Positions 16,961 to 26,953 of a stretch of 64,000 bases of DNA are shown here, piece by piece. Position 1 is the first letter of the stretch, and every line of letters begins with the position of its first letter. The position numbers and the translations under genes are program-made. The notes under the pieces are model-generated. The model ran no database searches. It was not told the DNA's origin and was given only the letters and a program-made list of their open reading frames with translations. The DNA is from Prevotellaceae bacterium UBA1710 (GTDB lineage: Bacteria > Bacteroidota > Bacteroidia > Bacteroidales > Bacteroidaceae): contig DCJC01000056.1 in the NCBI GenBank assembly GCA_002317355.1, positions 7,307-71,306 on the forward strand, read 5' to 3'.

Positions 16961-18510
16961 TATTTTATTATTACCTCCATAGATGTTGGGAGTGTGCGTG
17001 ATATTCCGTCAGGTCCGATGGCTTTCACCTTAGAGATGTAGAAGCGCTTTGAACGGGATAGCTTGCGGAAGGTGTCAATCTGTCGGGCAGAGAATGAAGA
17101 GCCATCGCTTACGATAGGAACGGCATTACCCATGTTGTCGAAGAATACAGCCTCGAAGCCAGTGACCTTGAACTCGATGTCAAGAAGTCCGTCGTCGATG
17201 GCTGCCTTGATACCGTTGGCTCCAAGGAGGGAAGCTTTGGCAAGACCACCACCACGGAAACGGCTGTCGCCTACAACAATATAAGGTGTTGGATCAGGAA
17301 GCTTACGTACATGGAAAGTGAATTGTCCCATCTGGACAGGTTTTCCTGTCTGTGTGCTCGCAACCGATATCGTTACATCTTTTCCAACGGCAGATGGACG
17401 AGCGATGTATTTGCCTGGTCCAACAGGAGTGAGTGTACCGCCTGACATTGTAGCACTAACCTTGTTGAGAGGTACTCCAGGGATAGAAACACTCATTGGG
17501 TTGCTGAAACCAGCATAGAGCACGTTCATGAGGTCGGCAGATACGGTAGCCGATGGATCTACGACGGTGTATTTCTGCTCGAATTCACGCTTGATTGTCT
17601 CACCACCACCATTGGTAACGGTCATGTAGCCAGAGAGTGTGAAGTCGCCTGTCTTGCCTGCTATGAACTCGTATGTGCTATTCTCGAGATTAACCTGCTT
17701 ACCACCGATGAAAATCTGGGGTTGCTGGGTTGTATCGACTGCCGCCATTACGATCTTTGCAGAGAATTTATCGCCTCTAACAACTGTCTGGGCATTAGGA
17801 ATTACGAAAGCAGAGAGCTTGTTCACACGGATATCCTTAACGTCAATGTTGCTTACGAGATTGTGTAGAACCTCTCCTTCTGCATAACGGATGTCACTCT
17901 GGAGCTTTGAAAGCATGGTGATGGCAGCAGCTACAGGCATGCCTTCAAACATATACTCTTCCCAGTTCTTGTTGAGAGGATTCTTGCGACCTGTTATCTT
18001 TGTAGTGAGGTTTCCTGCTATGATTCTGCGCTTGTCTTCGTCTGTAATCATTGTGAGGATATGCTCACGATAGTTATCAATCGCCTTACGAAGCTTAGCA
18101 CCCTGTCCAGTTCCAGGAGCGAGCATTACGTGGTTAGCAGCCTCAAGGTCGTCAACTCTGTCAATGTTGTTCACATCGCCATCAGAGCCATCAGCATCCT
18201 TTACGATTTCCACCTTGAGTTGCTGGGCATAGTTGTAGAGGGAATCGCTCATGCGCTTGACAAGGGTAGCCTTGTCAAACCATTCGCGAACCTTCTGTGG
18301 GTTGGCTTTGAGTTGAGCCTCGAAGTCGTCGTATATTGTGGTGTTCTGTTTCTCTGTGTTGGCAGTTGATTGCATCAAACTTTCATCCACGATGCTGAAG
18401 CCATCAAGGACTTCGCTGGAGATATTCATCGCCAGCATTGCCATGAGGACCACGTACATCAGGTTGATCATCTTCTGACGTGGAGAAACGGGTTTCTTCT
18501 TTATTGCCAC
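16960..18510 (-). CDS. porM: T9SS motor protein PorM/GldM
   Basis: SPRQKMINLMY.VL.AMLAMN signature, MNVLYAG..NP. Confidence 0.96.
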   Translation of the reverse strand: MAIKKKPVSPRQKMINLMYVVLMAMLAMNISSEVLDGFSIVDESLMQSTANTEKQNTTIYDDFEAQLKANPQKVREWFDKATLVKRMSDSLYNYAQQLKVEIVKDADGSDGDVNNIDRVDDLEAANHVMLAPGTGQGAKLRKAIDNYREHILTMITDEDKRRIIAGNLTTKITGRKNPLNKNWEEYMFEGMPVAAAITMLSKLQSDIRYAEGEVLHNLVSNIDVKDIRVNKLSAFVIPNAQTVVRGDKFSAKIVMAAVDTTQQPQIFIGGKQVNLENSTYEFIAGKTGDFTLSGYMTVTNGGGETIKREFEQKYTVVDPSATVSADLMNVLYAGFSNPMSVSIPGVPLNKVSATMSGGTLTPVGPGKYIARPSAVGKDVTISVASTQTGKPVQMGQFTFHVRKLPDPTPYIVVGDSRFRGGGLAKASLLGANGIKAAIDDGLLDIEFKVTGFEAVFFDNMGNAVPIVSDGSSFSARQIDTFRKLSRSKRFYISKVKAIGPDGISRTLPTSMEVIIK

Positions 18511-18536
18511 AGGCTATAATTGTATTTGACTATTTG

Positions 18537-19430
18537 TTACTGCTTAGGAATGTTTACGGTCATTGCATTGATCATTCGTGCATAGACGGCATTGAGTTCC
18601 TTGATCTCTTCTGCCATCTTGCGTGTCTCTGCATTGATTTCATCTTGAGTCGTAATCTGCTGAGAAGCAGACTTGAGCTGCATCTCGTAAACTCGTGCAA
18701 TACCAGTGAGTGTACGGTTGAGGTTCTCCATCTCCTGAGAGTCGATAGAGAGTCGCTCGCTGACAGCACCAATCTTGAGGAGAAGCTCGTTGAGCTCGTT
18801 GAGGCGGTCAACGTATGTAGATGTAGCCTGCTCCATTGCCTGTGCTGTTTCTGGAGTAACAGCAGGTGCAGGTGTTCCGATCTGTGGAGTTGTAGTCTTT
18901 TCTTCAGAAGAACTTGCTGCAAATGTGATTGCCTCTGAAGTTGACTGAGGAGCTTGAGCTGCCTGACTGCTACCGCCAATGGTTCCACCACCAATAATGA
19001 TAGTCCCGCCAGCAACAGGAGAAACAGGTGTGCTACTGATGTTGCCTGATTGGATATTTACGGCAGCGGTTGTCTTGCTTTCGAGTACGCTTTCAGGAAC
19101 AACGGCAGAAGTAACGGCAGGAACGTTTCCTGTAGCAGCCTGAGCTGCGAGTTCTGCAGCTAACTGGCTGTCGGTTGCGAGGTCACGACCTTCTTGTGTC
19201 TTGTCGAATGGACGGTCGAAGGCAGAGATAAAGAACACGAATACCTCAGTACCCATACCGATGAATAGCATGAAGTTGGCTCCTGGGAGGTGGGTGAGCT
19301 TGAACAATGTGCCGAGGATTACGATAGCTGCACCCCATGAATATGCGTAATTCATGAATGTCTGTCCAGCTACGCTATCCATCCATTTCTGAAGTCGATA
19401 TACTATATTGAATTTACTGTATTTTGCCAT
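18537..19430 (-). CDS. porL: T9SS motor protein PorL/GldL
   Basis: YSWGAAIVILGTLFKLTH, GMGTEV, C-terminal LNAVYARMINAM. Confidence 0.96.
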   Translation of the reverse strand: MAKYSKFNIVYRLQKWMDSVAGQTFMNYAYSWGAAIVILGTLFKLTHLPGANFMLFIGMGTEVFVFFISAFDRPFDKTQEGRDLATDSQLAAELAAQAATGNVPAVTSAVVPESVLESKTTAAVNIQSGNISSTPVSPVAGGTIIIGGGTIGGSSQAAQAPQSTSEAITFAASSSEEKTTTPQIGTPAPAVTPETAQAMEQATSTYVDRLNELNELLLKIGAVSERLSIDSQEMENLNRTLTGIARVYEMQLKSASQQITTQDEINAETRKMAEEIKELNAVYARMINAMTVNIPKQ

Positions 19431-19441
19431 AATAGTCGTTT

Positions 19442-20899
19442 TTATCTTTTCTTCTTTCCCTTGCCATTTTGGCTAGAAGGACTTGCCAATGAACGTACGC
19501 AACGGAATCCAATGTATGCCCTTGGCTGATTCTGATACTCCCATGAGCGCCATGCAGAGCGTATGAAGCTCTCAGGGTCTTTCCATGATCCACCTCTTAC
19601 GCTCTTCTTCTTGAGTCGGTAAGGGTCTTCTGTAGCAGCGTTGTACTCAAGTTTAGGGTTGAGGTCGTTCATTGCCTCTACACCTGCCTCTGTGTAGATT
19701 GTGGAAGTCCATTCTGCTACATTGCCAGCCATGTCATAGAGTCCGTGGCTGTTTGGAGAGTATATGCCTGTCTTGGATGTGATGAGGTTTCCATCCTTGG
19801 TGTAGTTACCTCTGTCAGGCTTGAAGTTGGCATAGAAGCATCCATCGCCATTCTTCACATCTTGATTCTCCCAGGGGAATTCGGTTCCATCCTTACCGCG
19901 AGCTGCATATTCCCATTCTGCTTCAGAAGGAAGACGGTAGCGCTGAACGTATTTTGCCTGACCTGATAGTCCTTTCAGAAGGAAGTCGGTACGCCAAGCG
20001 CAGAACGCATTTGCCTGCTCCCATGTAACTCCAACTACTGGATAGTCATTGTAAACAGGGTTGCTGAAGTAGTTGCGGAGGTACATCTCATTGTCGGAAT
20101 TTGGGAAATCGTTAACCCAGCATGTTGTGTCAGGATAGATGTTGACGATGTAGGTGTGTAGGAAGTCCCAAGGTCCAGAGAGAGGTCGGTTGATGGTTTC
20201 TCTTATGATCTTTCCTTCATCATTGATGTATGCTGTATCCTTAGTGATCATTACAACCTCATCAGGATTCACAATGACGTCGGTGTTGAGATTCCTTTCT
20301 TCTGCCCTCATGCGGTTACGACGGAGAGCGGCTGTTGTGTAGTCGTAAATCTCATAGCGGTATGTGAGCTGTGATGCGTCTATGAGTTTCTCTCCTGTAA
20401 CTGGATTTGTGTTGTACAGACTTTCGTATGCACGCATCTGGTCCTCGTTAGGCTTACGTGGGAGAGGCTTCTTCCAGTTGATGACAGGTGTTATAGGGTC
20501 GCCGTTCTTGTCTTCTGTGATAAGATATGATTCGTCACCTCCGTAAGCAGGATCTGCCAGACGAGTACGAAGTATGCTGTCACGCACCCACATTACGAAC
20601 TGACGGTATTTTGAATTGGATACCTCTGTCTCATCCATCCAAAAGCCGTCAACGCTTATGTCTTTGACTGGAGCAACATTTCCCCAAAGGGAATCACCAT
20701 TCGCAATTCCCATTTTCAAAGAACCGCGATTTACCATTGTCATTCCGTATGGAGTAGGCTCGGTAAATCCTCGTCCGCTGCCTACGCCAGTTACCTCACC
20801 ACCGTATGCAGAGGATGTCATCTTGCCTCCAAAGCAAGAAGAGAGTAGAAATGCCGCATTTGTAATCGCAAGTGCAAATATAATATTCTTAATCTTCAT
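19442..20899 (-). CDS. porK: T9SS lipoprotein PorK/GldK
   Basis: LSSC lipobox, FGE-sulfatase fold motifs RLPSEAEWEYAARG, DMAGNVAEW, RGGSW, GFRCV. Confidence 0.96.
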   Translation of the reverse strand: MKIKNIIFALAITNAAFLLSSCFGGKMTSSAYGGEVTGVGSGRGFTEPTPYGMTMVNRGSLKMGIANGDSLWGNVAPVKDISVDGFWMDETEVSNSKYRQFVMWVRDSILRTRLADPAYGGDESYLITEDKNGDPITPVINWKKPLPRKPNEDQMRAYESLYNTNPVTGEKLIDASQLTYRYEIYDYTTAALRRNRMRAEERNLNTDVIVNPDEVVMITKDTAYINDEGKIIRETINRPLSGPWDFLHTYIVNIYPDTTCWVNDFPNSDNEMYLRNYFSNPVYNDYPVVGVTWEQANAFCAWRTDFLLKGLSGQAKYVQRYRLPSEAEWEYAARGKDGTEFPWENQDVKNGDGCFYANFKPDRGNYTKDGNLITSKTGIYSPNSHGLYDMAGNVAEWTSTIYTEAGVEAMNDLNPKLEYNAATEDPYRLKKKSVRGGSWKDPESFIRSAWRSWEYQNQPRAYIGFRCVRSLASPSSQNGKGKKKR

Positions 20900-20907
20900 A
20901 TCAATTG

Positions 20908-21870
20908 TTATAGATGTCGTACACTTTGATGCCTGTTCTTTCCCTTAGGCATGAAGTTGATATCTGTTTGGTAACCTATATGTAGTTCGTGTGAACTATT
21001 CTCTATGTTTATTCCATTTGTGAATAACTCATAGGTGTAGCCTATCATTATTCCGTGGAAATTGCCTGCGAGATATACCGTTGCCGAGCTTGTAGGATTT
21101 AATCCTGTACCTGCTGTATATCCAAGGCCTGCACTCATTGTTCTTCCTTCGTATGTATAAAGGAGTCGTGCTGTGAGATCTCCTCTGTATGCTGTAAGGT
21201 CGGTTTTTATGAGAGTTGAAGTTGCTATGGTTAGCAGTGGGTTGTTCAACTTGAAGTTGTATCCGCCTGTAGCGTACAGAATCGGATTTGCGTTTATCTC
21301 ATTTGTTTCGCCTAATGTGATTGTAGGTGAAGTGATGTGCTGTGCAGAGACTCCTACGTACCATTCGTCTTGAAGGTATTGTAAACCAAAGGCGAAGTCG
21401 ATAGAGTTGCCTTTCAACTCGCTCTTGCTGAGTGCCTGGTCGTTGGTGTCTTCTACATCCAGTTTTGAACCGTTGTAGGATTCGCTTAGAAGACCTAACT
21501 GAACTCCGATAGATAATCTTCCTTCTGCAAATTTCCTTTGGTAGCTGTATTGGGCTGATATCTGCTGATGGGAGAGCAAACCTAACTTATCGTTCATGAA
21601 ATAGACTCCTACGCCGTTTCTTGTGTTTAATGCGTTGAATGGCATGTCGGCAGAAACGTATGCTGTTTGAGGGCTGTTTTTGTATCCAACCATACTCATC
21701 GCGTAGGCAGCGTTTATATTCAGTTTGTCAAACTTTCCTGCTGCTGCAGGATTGAATGATGTCTGCATATCGAAATAGTGAGAAAAATGCGCGTCATATT
21801 GGGCTCTGCCTTTTAAAGGAACCAGCGCCATGGCTATGAGGATTATTTTCACTATTCTGTTTGATTTCAC
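20908..21870 (-). CDS. porP: T9SS outer-membrane protein PorP/SprF family
   Basis: GTG start, QYD.HFSHY..FNPA.AG, SHE near the C-terminus, first gene before porK. Confidence 0.92.
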   Translation of the reverse strand: MKSNRIVKIILIAMALVPLKGRAQYDAHFSHYFDMQTSFNPAAAGKFDKLNINAAYAMSMVGYKNSPQTAYVSADMPFNALNTRNGVGVYFMNDKLGLLSHQQISAQYSYQRKFAEGRLSIGVQLGLLSESYNGSKLDVEDTNDQALSKSELKGNSIDFAFGLQYLQDEWYVGVSAQHITSPTITLGETNEINANPILYATGGYNFKLNNPLLTIATSTLIKTDLTAYRGDLTARLLYTYEGRTMSAGLGYTAGTGLNPTSSATVYLAGNFHGIMIGYTYELFTNGINIENSSHELHIGYQTDINFMPKGKNRHQSVRHL

Positions 21871-21878
21871 TTTTATAT

Positions 21879-21904
21879 AACGAATAATATCCTTGTTTAT
21901 TACA
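21879..21904 (-). promoter_or_regulatory. candidate ECF-sigma promoter of the por operon
   Basis: TGTAA-N17-CGTT, 8 nt before the porP GTG; no TAnnTTTG box in this intergenic region. Confidence 0.5.
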
Positions 21905-21914
21905 AATGTGCAAG

Positions 21915-21949
21915 AAAAAAAGCTCCACCCTTTTCGGATGGAGCTTTTT
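21915..21949 (-). terminator. intrinsic terminator of the OmpA-family gene
   Basis: AAAAAGCTCCA..TGGAGCTTTTT stem with a poly-U tail. Confidence 0.85.
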
Positions 21950-21969
21950 CTTATTTTGTTGAGTTTTAA

Positions 21970-23133
21970 TTACTTCTCGAAGAACATCATTGCTACACGG
22001 TTGTTCTCGTAAGTCTCATACATATCCTTTGTTGTACCGCAACCCTCAGCTGTGATACGGCTCTCGTCGATACCGTACTTCTTAACGAGGAGATCCTTAA
22101 CAGCATTAGCACGACGAACAGAGAGGTTCTGGTTCTTCTTTGCGTTGCCTTCTGGTGAAGCGTAACCCTTGATGTTGAGCTTGAGCTCTGGGTGGTTCTT
22201 CAAAACCTGAGCTGCAACTGCAACGTTTTCAGCCTGCTGCTTTGTGATGAGAGACTTGTTTACGTTGTAGAATACGTTTGGAATAACAGGAGCCTCGAAT
22301 GGACACTCAGGAGCTGGCTTGTTCTCACAGTCACGGAGAGCCTTCTGGAGACGAGCGATCTCTGCCTGAAGCTGAGCAATCTTAGCCTGATCTGCAGCAT
22401 TCTTGTCGCGGAGGCTATTGATTGTGTTGTTGAGAGCATCAATCTCGCGCTGGTCACACTCTGTGATGTTCATGAAATGACGTGTGCCATTGCTTGTCTT
22501 GAAATAGTAGTTAACACCTGCTGCCAACTGAAGGTTAGAGATGTTTGAGTTATACTGAATCTTCTGTACTCTCTTTGCGCCACCAATTTCGTAAGTGATA
22601 GATGGCTCAATATAAACCTGCCACTGCTTCTCTGCACCAAGATTGAATGCGAAGTCAAGACCGAGCTTAGAGTTGAAAGTGTTAATCTGCCAGTTAGTGC
22701 CTTGAGTCTTGTCTGTTCCTGAGTTCTTGCCGAAGCCGATACCTGCAAGACCGATGATTTCAAATGAACGTGGTGAACCTGTGTAACCACCGAAAGCATT
22801 CATGAAATTAACTGTACCAAGAAGGTTGAACTGGAAAGCACGAGGGAAACTGCCATCTATGTAGCTTGCACCGTGTACTTTGTTGTCGAAAAGGAAAGTA
22901 CCTTCTGCTGCAATACCGACACTTGGAGTGAACCACTTACCAAGACGGAGACTGAACTCTGGGTTCAGGTTCTTCAATACTGCCTGATCTGTAGTCTTAG
23001 ATGCAACACCAAGGTTTGCGCCTAAGTACCAGTTGTCCCAGAACTTGTTGTTTCCGATGCCAGTCTGTGGTTCCTGTGCTGATGCAGACATTGCTGATGC
23101 TGCAACAGCAAGCATTAAGAAAAACTTTTTCAT
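21970..23133 (-). CDS. OmpA family major outer-membrane protein (Omp40/41-like)
   Basis: N-terminal barrel (GKWFTP), coiled coil, OmpA_C motifs GYASPEG and NLSVRRANAV. Confidence 0.93.
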   Translation of the reverse strand: MKKFFLMLAVAASAMSASAQEPQTGIGNNKFWDNWYLGANLGVASKTTDQAVLKNLNPEFSLRLGKWFTPSVGIAAEGTFLFDNKVHGASYIDGSFPRAFQFNLLGTVNFMNAFGGYTGSPRSFEIIGLAGIGFGKNSGTDKTQGTNWQINTFNSKLGLDFAFNLGAEKQWQVYIEPSITYEIGGAKRVQKIQYNSNISNLQLAAGVNYYFKTSNGTRHFMNITECDQREIDALNNTINSLRDKNAADQAKIAQLQAEIARLQKALRDCENKPAPECPFEAPVIPNVFYNVNKSLITKQQAENVAVAAQVLKNHPELKLNIKGYASPEGNAKKNQNLSVRRANAVKDLLVKKYGIDESRITAEGCGTTKDMYETYENNRVAMMFFEK

Positions 23134-23208
23134 TTTGTTTATGATTTTAATTGTTTATATCATGCAATTACCCCTAGATTATTATTTGTTTATCTAGATA
23201 TTTGTTTG

Positions 23209-23239
23209 CAAAAGTAATATATTTTTGCTAAACAACAAA
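23209..23239 (-). promoter_or_regulatory. primary-sigma promoter of the OmpA-family gene
   Basis: TTTG-N19-TACTTTTG. Confidence 0.8.
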
Positions 23240-23321
23240 ATATTCTTGCGTTTTTTCGTCAGAAAAATTGAAAAAAAGTGATTTTTATCATATTTTAATT
23301 GAAAAATGCCGTTTTTTTATG

Positions 23322-25340
23322 TTAAAATTTGTATTTTACGCTAAAATCTATGTCTGTTTGATGCGAAGAGTCAATCATTCGAAGTCCCGAAGAAATGCTT
23401 TTTCGGTTAAAGTATTTCGTGAAACCAAACTTGAAATTTGCTATAACATTGGAAGTTAGCGTTCCTTTTACGATAGAAGAAAATCTTATGCCCTCATCAT
23501 AAAATGAGGACGCCGAAAAGATTCCTGGAATATTTCTCTCGTTAATATAGATACTTGAACTACTGTCATCCGTATTAAAATAAGATGCAAAAATGTATAT
23601 AGATGTTTTTTTGTGCGGCTGAAAACTTATATTTTCAGAGATAGAATAACCGATTGAAGTGTTATCATTAAAATTTAAGCTTGCTAGATCTACTGTTGTT
23701 GTGAAAGTGAATTTTTCAGACTGTTTTATTGCTGAAATATGTAGTTTGTTGTTGTAGCGATTTATAATAGCTGTTTTTTCTGAATTGTTACGTTGTCTTA
23801 TTCTGAAATTGTATTTAGCTAAGAAAGACCATTCCTTTAATTCATATTTCAAGGATATACTGTTATCGAATGAATATGATGATGCGTTTGTGTAATATTT
23901 TATCCAAGGGAAATAGCAAATATCTGAATATGCGTCAAGAGACAATCTTTTGGTAATTGTCCACTTTATGCCTGTAAGGAATCCACTTTCGTTTTGTGTG
24001 TATCCGCCGTCACTAAATGATTTCGCATTTATAGCGTAATATTTGTAAGAATAAAATCTTTGCACTACATGTAATGATATGGATCTGTTGACTCGTCCTC
24101 CTGCATAATTAATTGTTGCAATAGAACCGCAAGAGCCAGTTGCGGTTTCTCCAGAAAATGAATATTTTCCGGAATTATATCCGTAGTTGATACTTACATT
24201 CCAGAAGTCGTATCCTTTTGCATAATATGTTCGATAGGAACTCTGACTATTTGATGAATTTGGATTGAGGAGTCTATTAAACCGATTATATACCGCTGAA
24301 GTTCCTATGTAAAGCCCATTTCTTTTATAGTTGAGGTGGGCGCCAAGGTTCAAGGAGGAAGTATTGTTTTTCTTCTCCATTTCGGTTGGGGTTCTGTGGT
24401 ATCCGCTGTTTATAATAGTTGAGACGCTGCCATCTTTGTTCAATGTCGCGTCTATGTTACGATATGACCAAAAGGTTGTAATTGTCCATTTGGAATCAGA
24501 TTTCGCTTTTCCAATTTCAAAAGTACTTGCCAAACCTTGAAAATGATTTGCATCTGACCTTGTTGCATGGCCAGATATGGCAGCATCATACGAATTCATA
24601 GACGATAGCATCATTCGTTTTCCATATCCAAAACAGTTATTTTGGATGAGACCAAGTCCAAACTTTATATTGTATTGTCCTATGATGATATTCTTGAGTC
24701 TTCCGATATTACTCACTTTAACATAAAATGAATAATTATCCATTCCCCATTTGTTCTTGTTTGCAAATAATGGTTCGCCTGCATCTTGAGCTCCACAAAA
24801 GCCATACTTGATATTATCTGAGAATTTGCCAGATATCTTTATGGTATATTTGTATTTATAGCCGAGATAACCATTCTTATCTCCTTCTCTATTATATAAA
24901 GGTATGTTAGCATTAGCTTGTATTTCACCATGACCTTTTTTCATTATAGAATCAAGTATTGGTCTTGAATACCATTTGCCTTTCTTTTGTGGTGCAGCAA
25001 TTAAGAAGTTGCATAGAAAGAGTCTGAGTCGTCTGTCTATTGACTCAATAAGTGCAAGTTCCTCAATTGTTTTGAATTCGCCATATCTATCTCTATACTT
25101 GATTATGTCGTCAATATGGTCGTTGTTCAACCCTGGTATCAGATATAAATCCTCTGGATTCAGAGTATTAATGTTTAGAGGCGATGATTCTAATTCGCAA
25201 AGATACTCGTAATCATTCTCTATTGAAGTTTCATCAATTTCTTCATTCGCATAGATTTCATGAAAATACTCTTCCCATGTTTTTTCTTGTGCCATGGAAA
25301 GAATTGGAAAAAGTGCTATTATAATAATGATTGCGCGCAC
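23322..25340 (-). CDS. helix-hairpin-helix (ComEA-like) domain protein with a predicted C-terminal beta-barrel
   Basis: signal peptide, PLNINT...L..IPGL...II.YR..YG.F.TIEEL HhH motif, QDAGEP, C-terminal KYKF. Confidence 0.8.
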   Translation of the reverse strand: MRAIIIIIALFPILSMAQEKTWEEYFHEIYANEEIDETSIENDYEYLCELESSPLNINTLNPEDLYLIPGLNNDHIDDIIKYRDRYGEFKTIEELALIESIDRRLRLFLCNFLIAAPQKKGKWYSRPILDSIMKKGHGEIQANANIPLYNREGDKNGYLGYKYKYTIKISGKFSDNIKYGFCGAQDAGEPLFANKNKWGMDNYSFYVKVSNIGRLKNIIIGQYNIKFGLGLIQNNCFGYGKRMMLSSMNSYDAAISGHATRSDANHFQGLASTFEIGKAKSDSKWTITTFWSYRNIDATLNKDGSVSTIINSGYHRTPTEMEKKNNTSSLNLGAHLNYKRNGLYIGTSAVYNRFNRLLNPNSSNSQSSYRTYYAKGYDFWNVSINYGYNSGKYSFSGETATGSCGSIATINYAGGRVNRSISLHVVQRFYSYKYYAINAKSFSDGGYTQNESGFLTGIKWTITKRLSLDAYSDICYFPWIKYYTNASSYSFDNSISLKYELKEWSFLAKYNFRIRQRNNSEKTAIINRYNNKLHISAIKQSEKFTFTTTVDLASLNFNDNTSIGYSISENISFQPHKKTSIYIFASYFNTDDSSSSIYINERNIPGIFSASSFYDEGIRFSSIVKGTLTSNVIANFKFGFTKYFNRKSISSGLRMIDSSHQTDIDFSVKYKF

Positions 25341-25384
25341 GCGTATGAAATAATGATGTAAGATTAATGTTGGAAGGCTTTACG

Positions 25385-26074
25385 TTATTGTAAAGCCTTC
25401 TCTACTTGCTGCATGAGCCATTCGTTTTGCTCTGGAATAGTCATATTGCTATTATCTAACAAAATGGCATCTTCTGCCTGACGTAATGGAGATACCTCTC
25501 TATGGGAATCGAGATAATCGCGTTCCTCTACATTTTTAAGGATCTCTTCAAAATCTGCAGGCATACCCTTCTGCTGAAGTTCGTCAAATCGTCTTTGTGC
25601 GCGAACTTGTGCACTTGCTGTAACGAATATCTTAAGTTCTGCATCAGGGAAAACGGTTGTGCCGATATCTCTTCCGTCCATTACAATCCCCTTTTCAGCG
25701 CCCATTCTTCTCTGTTGATCAACCATTGCTTCTCTTACGAATGGAATAGCTGCAATCTTTGAAACATGATTGCTGACTTCAATTGAGCGGATTATTGTTT
25801 CAACAACCTCATCGTTAAGGCAAGCGTCTGGTTTGCCAGTCTCTTTGTTGAGGCAGAATGAAACCTTTATGTCAGACATCTTTTTCTCTAACTCGTCAAC
25901 CATCACCTCGCCATCTGAAGTGAATAGATTGTTACGCATCGCATATAAGGTTACTGTTCGATACATTGCGCCTGTATCTACATAGATATAACCTAATCTG
26001 CGAGCGAGTTCCTTGGCCATTGTGCTCTTTCCGCAAGAAGAGTGACCATCTATTGCTATCGTAATTTTTTTCAT
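25385..26074 (-). CDS. cmk: cytidylate kinase
   Basis: [28 protein letters not shown]. Confidence 0.97.
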   Translation of the reverse strand: MKKITIAIDGHSSCGKSTMAKELARRLGYIYVDTGAMYRTVTLYAMRNNLFTSDGEVMVDELEKKMSDIKVSFCLNKETGKPDACLNDEVVETIIRSIEVSNHVSKIAAIPFVREAMVDQQRRMGAEKGIVMDGRDIGTTVFPDAELKIFVTASAQVRAQRRFDELQQKGMPADFEEILKNVEERDYLDSHREVSPLRQAEDAILLDNSNMTIPEQNEWLMQQVEKALQ

Positions 26075-26083
26075 TATTCTTTT

Positions 26084-26941
26084 TTATTTGAAGTTGTTGC
26101 GTATTCTATCTGCTACCTGCTCCATAAGCCACTTTGGTGTTGAAGTTGCTCCGCAGATACCTATACTATTTACGTTTGAAATCCATTCTGGATTTATCTC
26201 TTCAGGACCTTCTACAAGGTATGTGTGAGGATTCTGCTCTTTACAAGCGTTGAATAAGACCTTGCCATTACTGCTCTTTCTTCCTGAAACAAAAAGAATC
26301 AAGTCATGCTTTGTTGCAAAGGTGCAGATGTTTGGCATTCTGTTAGCAACTTGTCTGCAGATTGTATCAAACCATTGGAAGTTTGCACCTTCTGATATGT
26401 GAGCCTGAATATAATCGATGATAGAATGGAATTCATCAAGCGACTTTGTTGTTTGAGAATAGAGGTAGATGTCGTGTGAGAAATCCAATCTTGTAACCTC
26501 ATCAGCATGCTCTATTACGATTGCACGTTGCTTTGTCTGTCCAACAAGTCCAAGAACTTCCGCATGTCCGTTCTTTCCGAAGATTACAATCTGAGCATCA
26601 GGATTTGTTGTGAACTGCTTCTTTATCCTTTTCTGCAGCTGAAGAACGACAGGACATGTTGCATCAATAATCTCGATGTTGTTTTGTTCTGCAATCTTAT
26701 AGGTCTCAGGTGGCTCACCATGTGCTCTAAGCAATACCTTTGCATTATGAAGCTGCGCAAACTGCTCGTGGTCAATAGTGATAAGTCCCATTTCACGAAG
26801 CCTATCACACTCCATTCCGTTATGCACGATATCTCCGAGGCAATAAAGAGTAGAACCTTTTGCAAGTTCTTCCTCTGCCTTATTGATAGCTGTTGTAACA
26901 CCAAAGCAGAAACCTGATGAAGAATCTATTTCTATTAACAT
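26084..26941 (-). CDS. ispH: 4-hydroxy-3-methylbut-2-enyl diphosphate reductase
   Basis: GFCFGV, IVHN, RAHG, DATCP, DTIC, SSN, GATSTP. Confidence 0.97.
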   Translation of the reverse strand: MLIEIDSSSGFCFGVTTAINKAEEELAKGSTLYCLGDIVHNGMECDRLREMGLITIDHEQFAQLHNAKVLLRAHGEPPETYKIAEQNNIEIIDATCPVVLQLQKRIKKQFTTNPDAQIVIFGKNGHAEVLGLVGQTKQRAIVIEHADEVTRLDFSHDIYLYSQTTKSLDEFHSIIDYIQAHISEGANFQWFDTICRQVANRMPNICTFATKHDLILFVSGRKSSNGKVLFNACKEQNPHTYLVEGPEEINPEWISNVNSIGICGATSTPKWLMEQVADRIRNNFK

Positions 26942-26953
26942 ATCTTCTTACTC

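Noticed and set aside
15872-20899. Gliding motility system
   Set aside because: GldKLMN homologs are the T9SS core; no SprB or gliding-specific genes are in the window.
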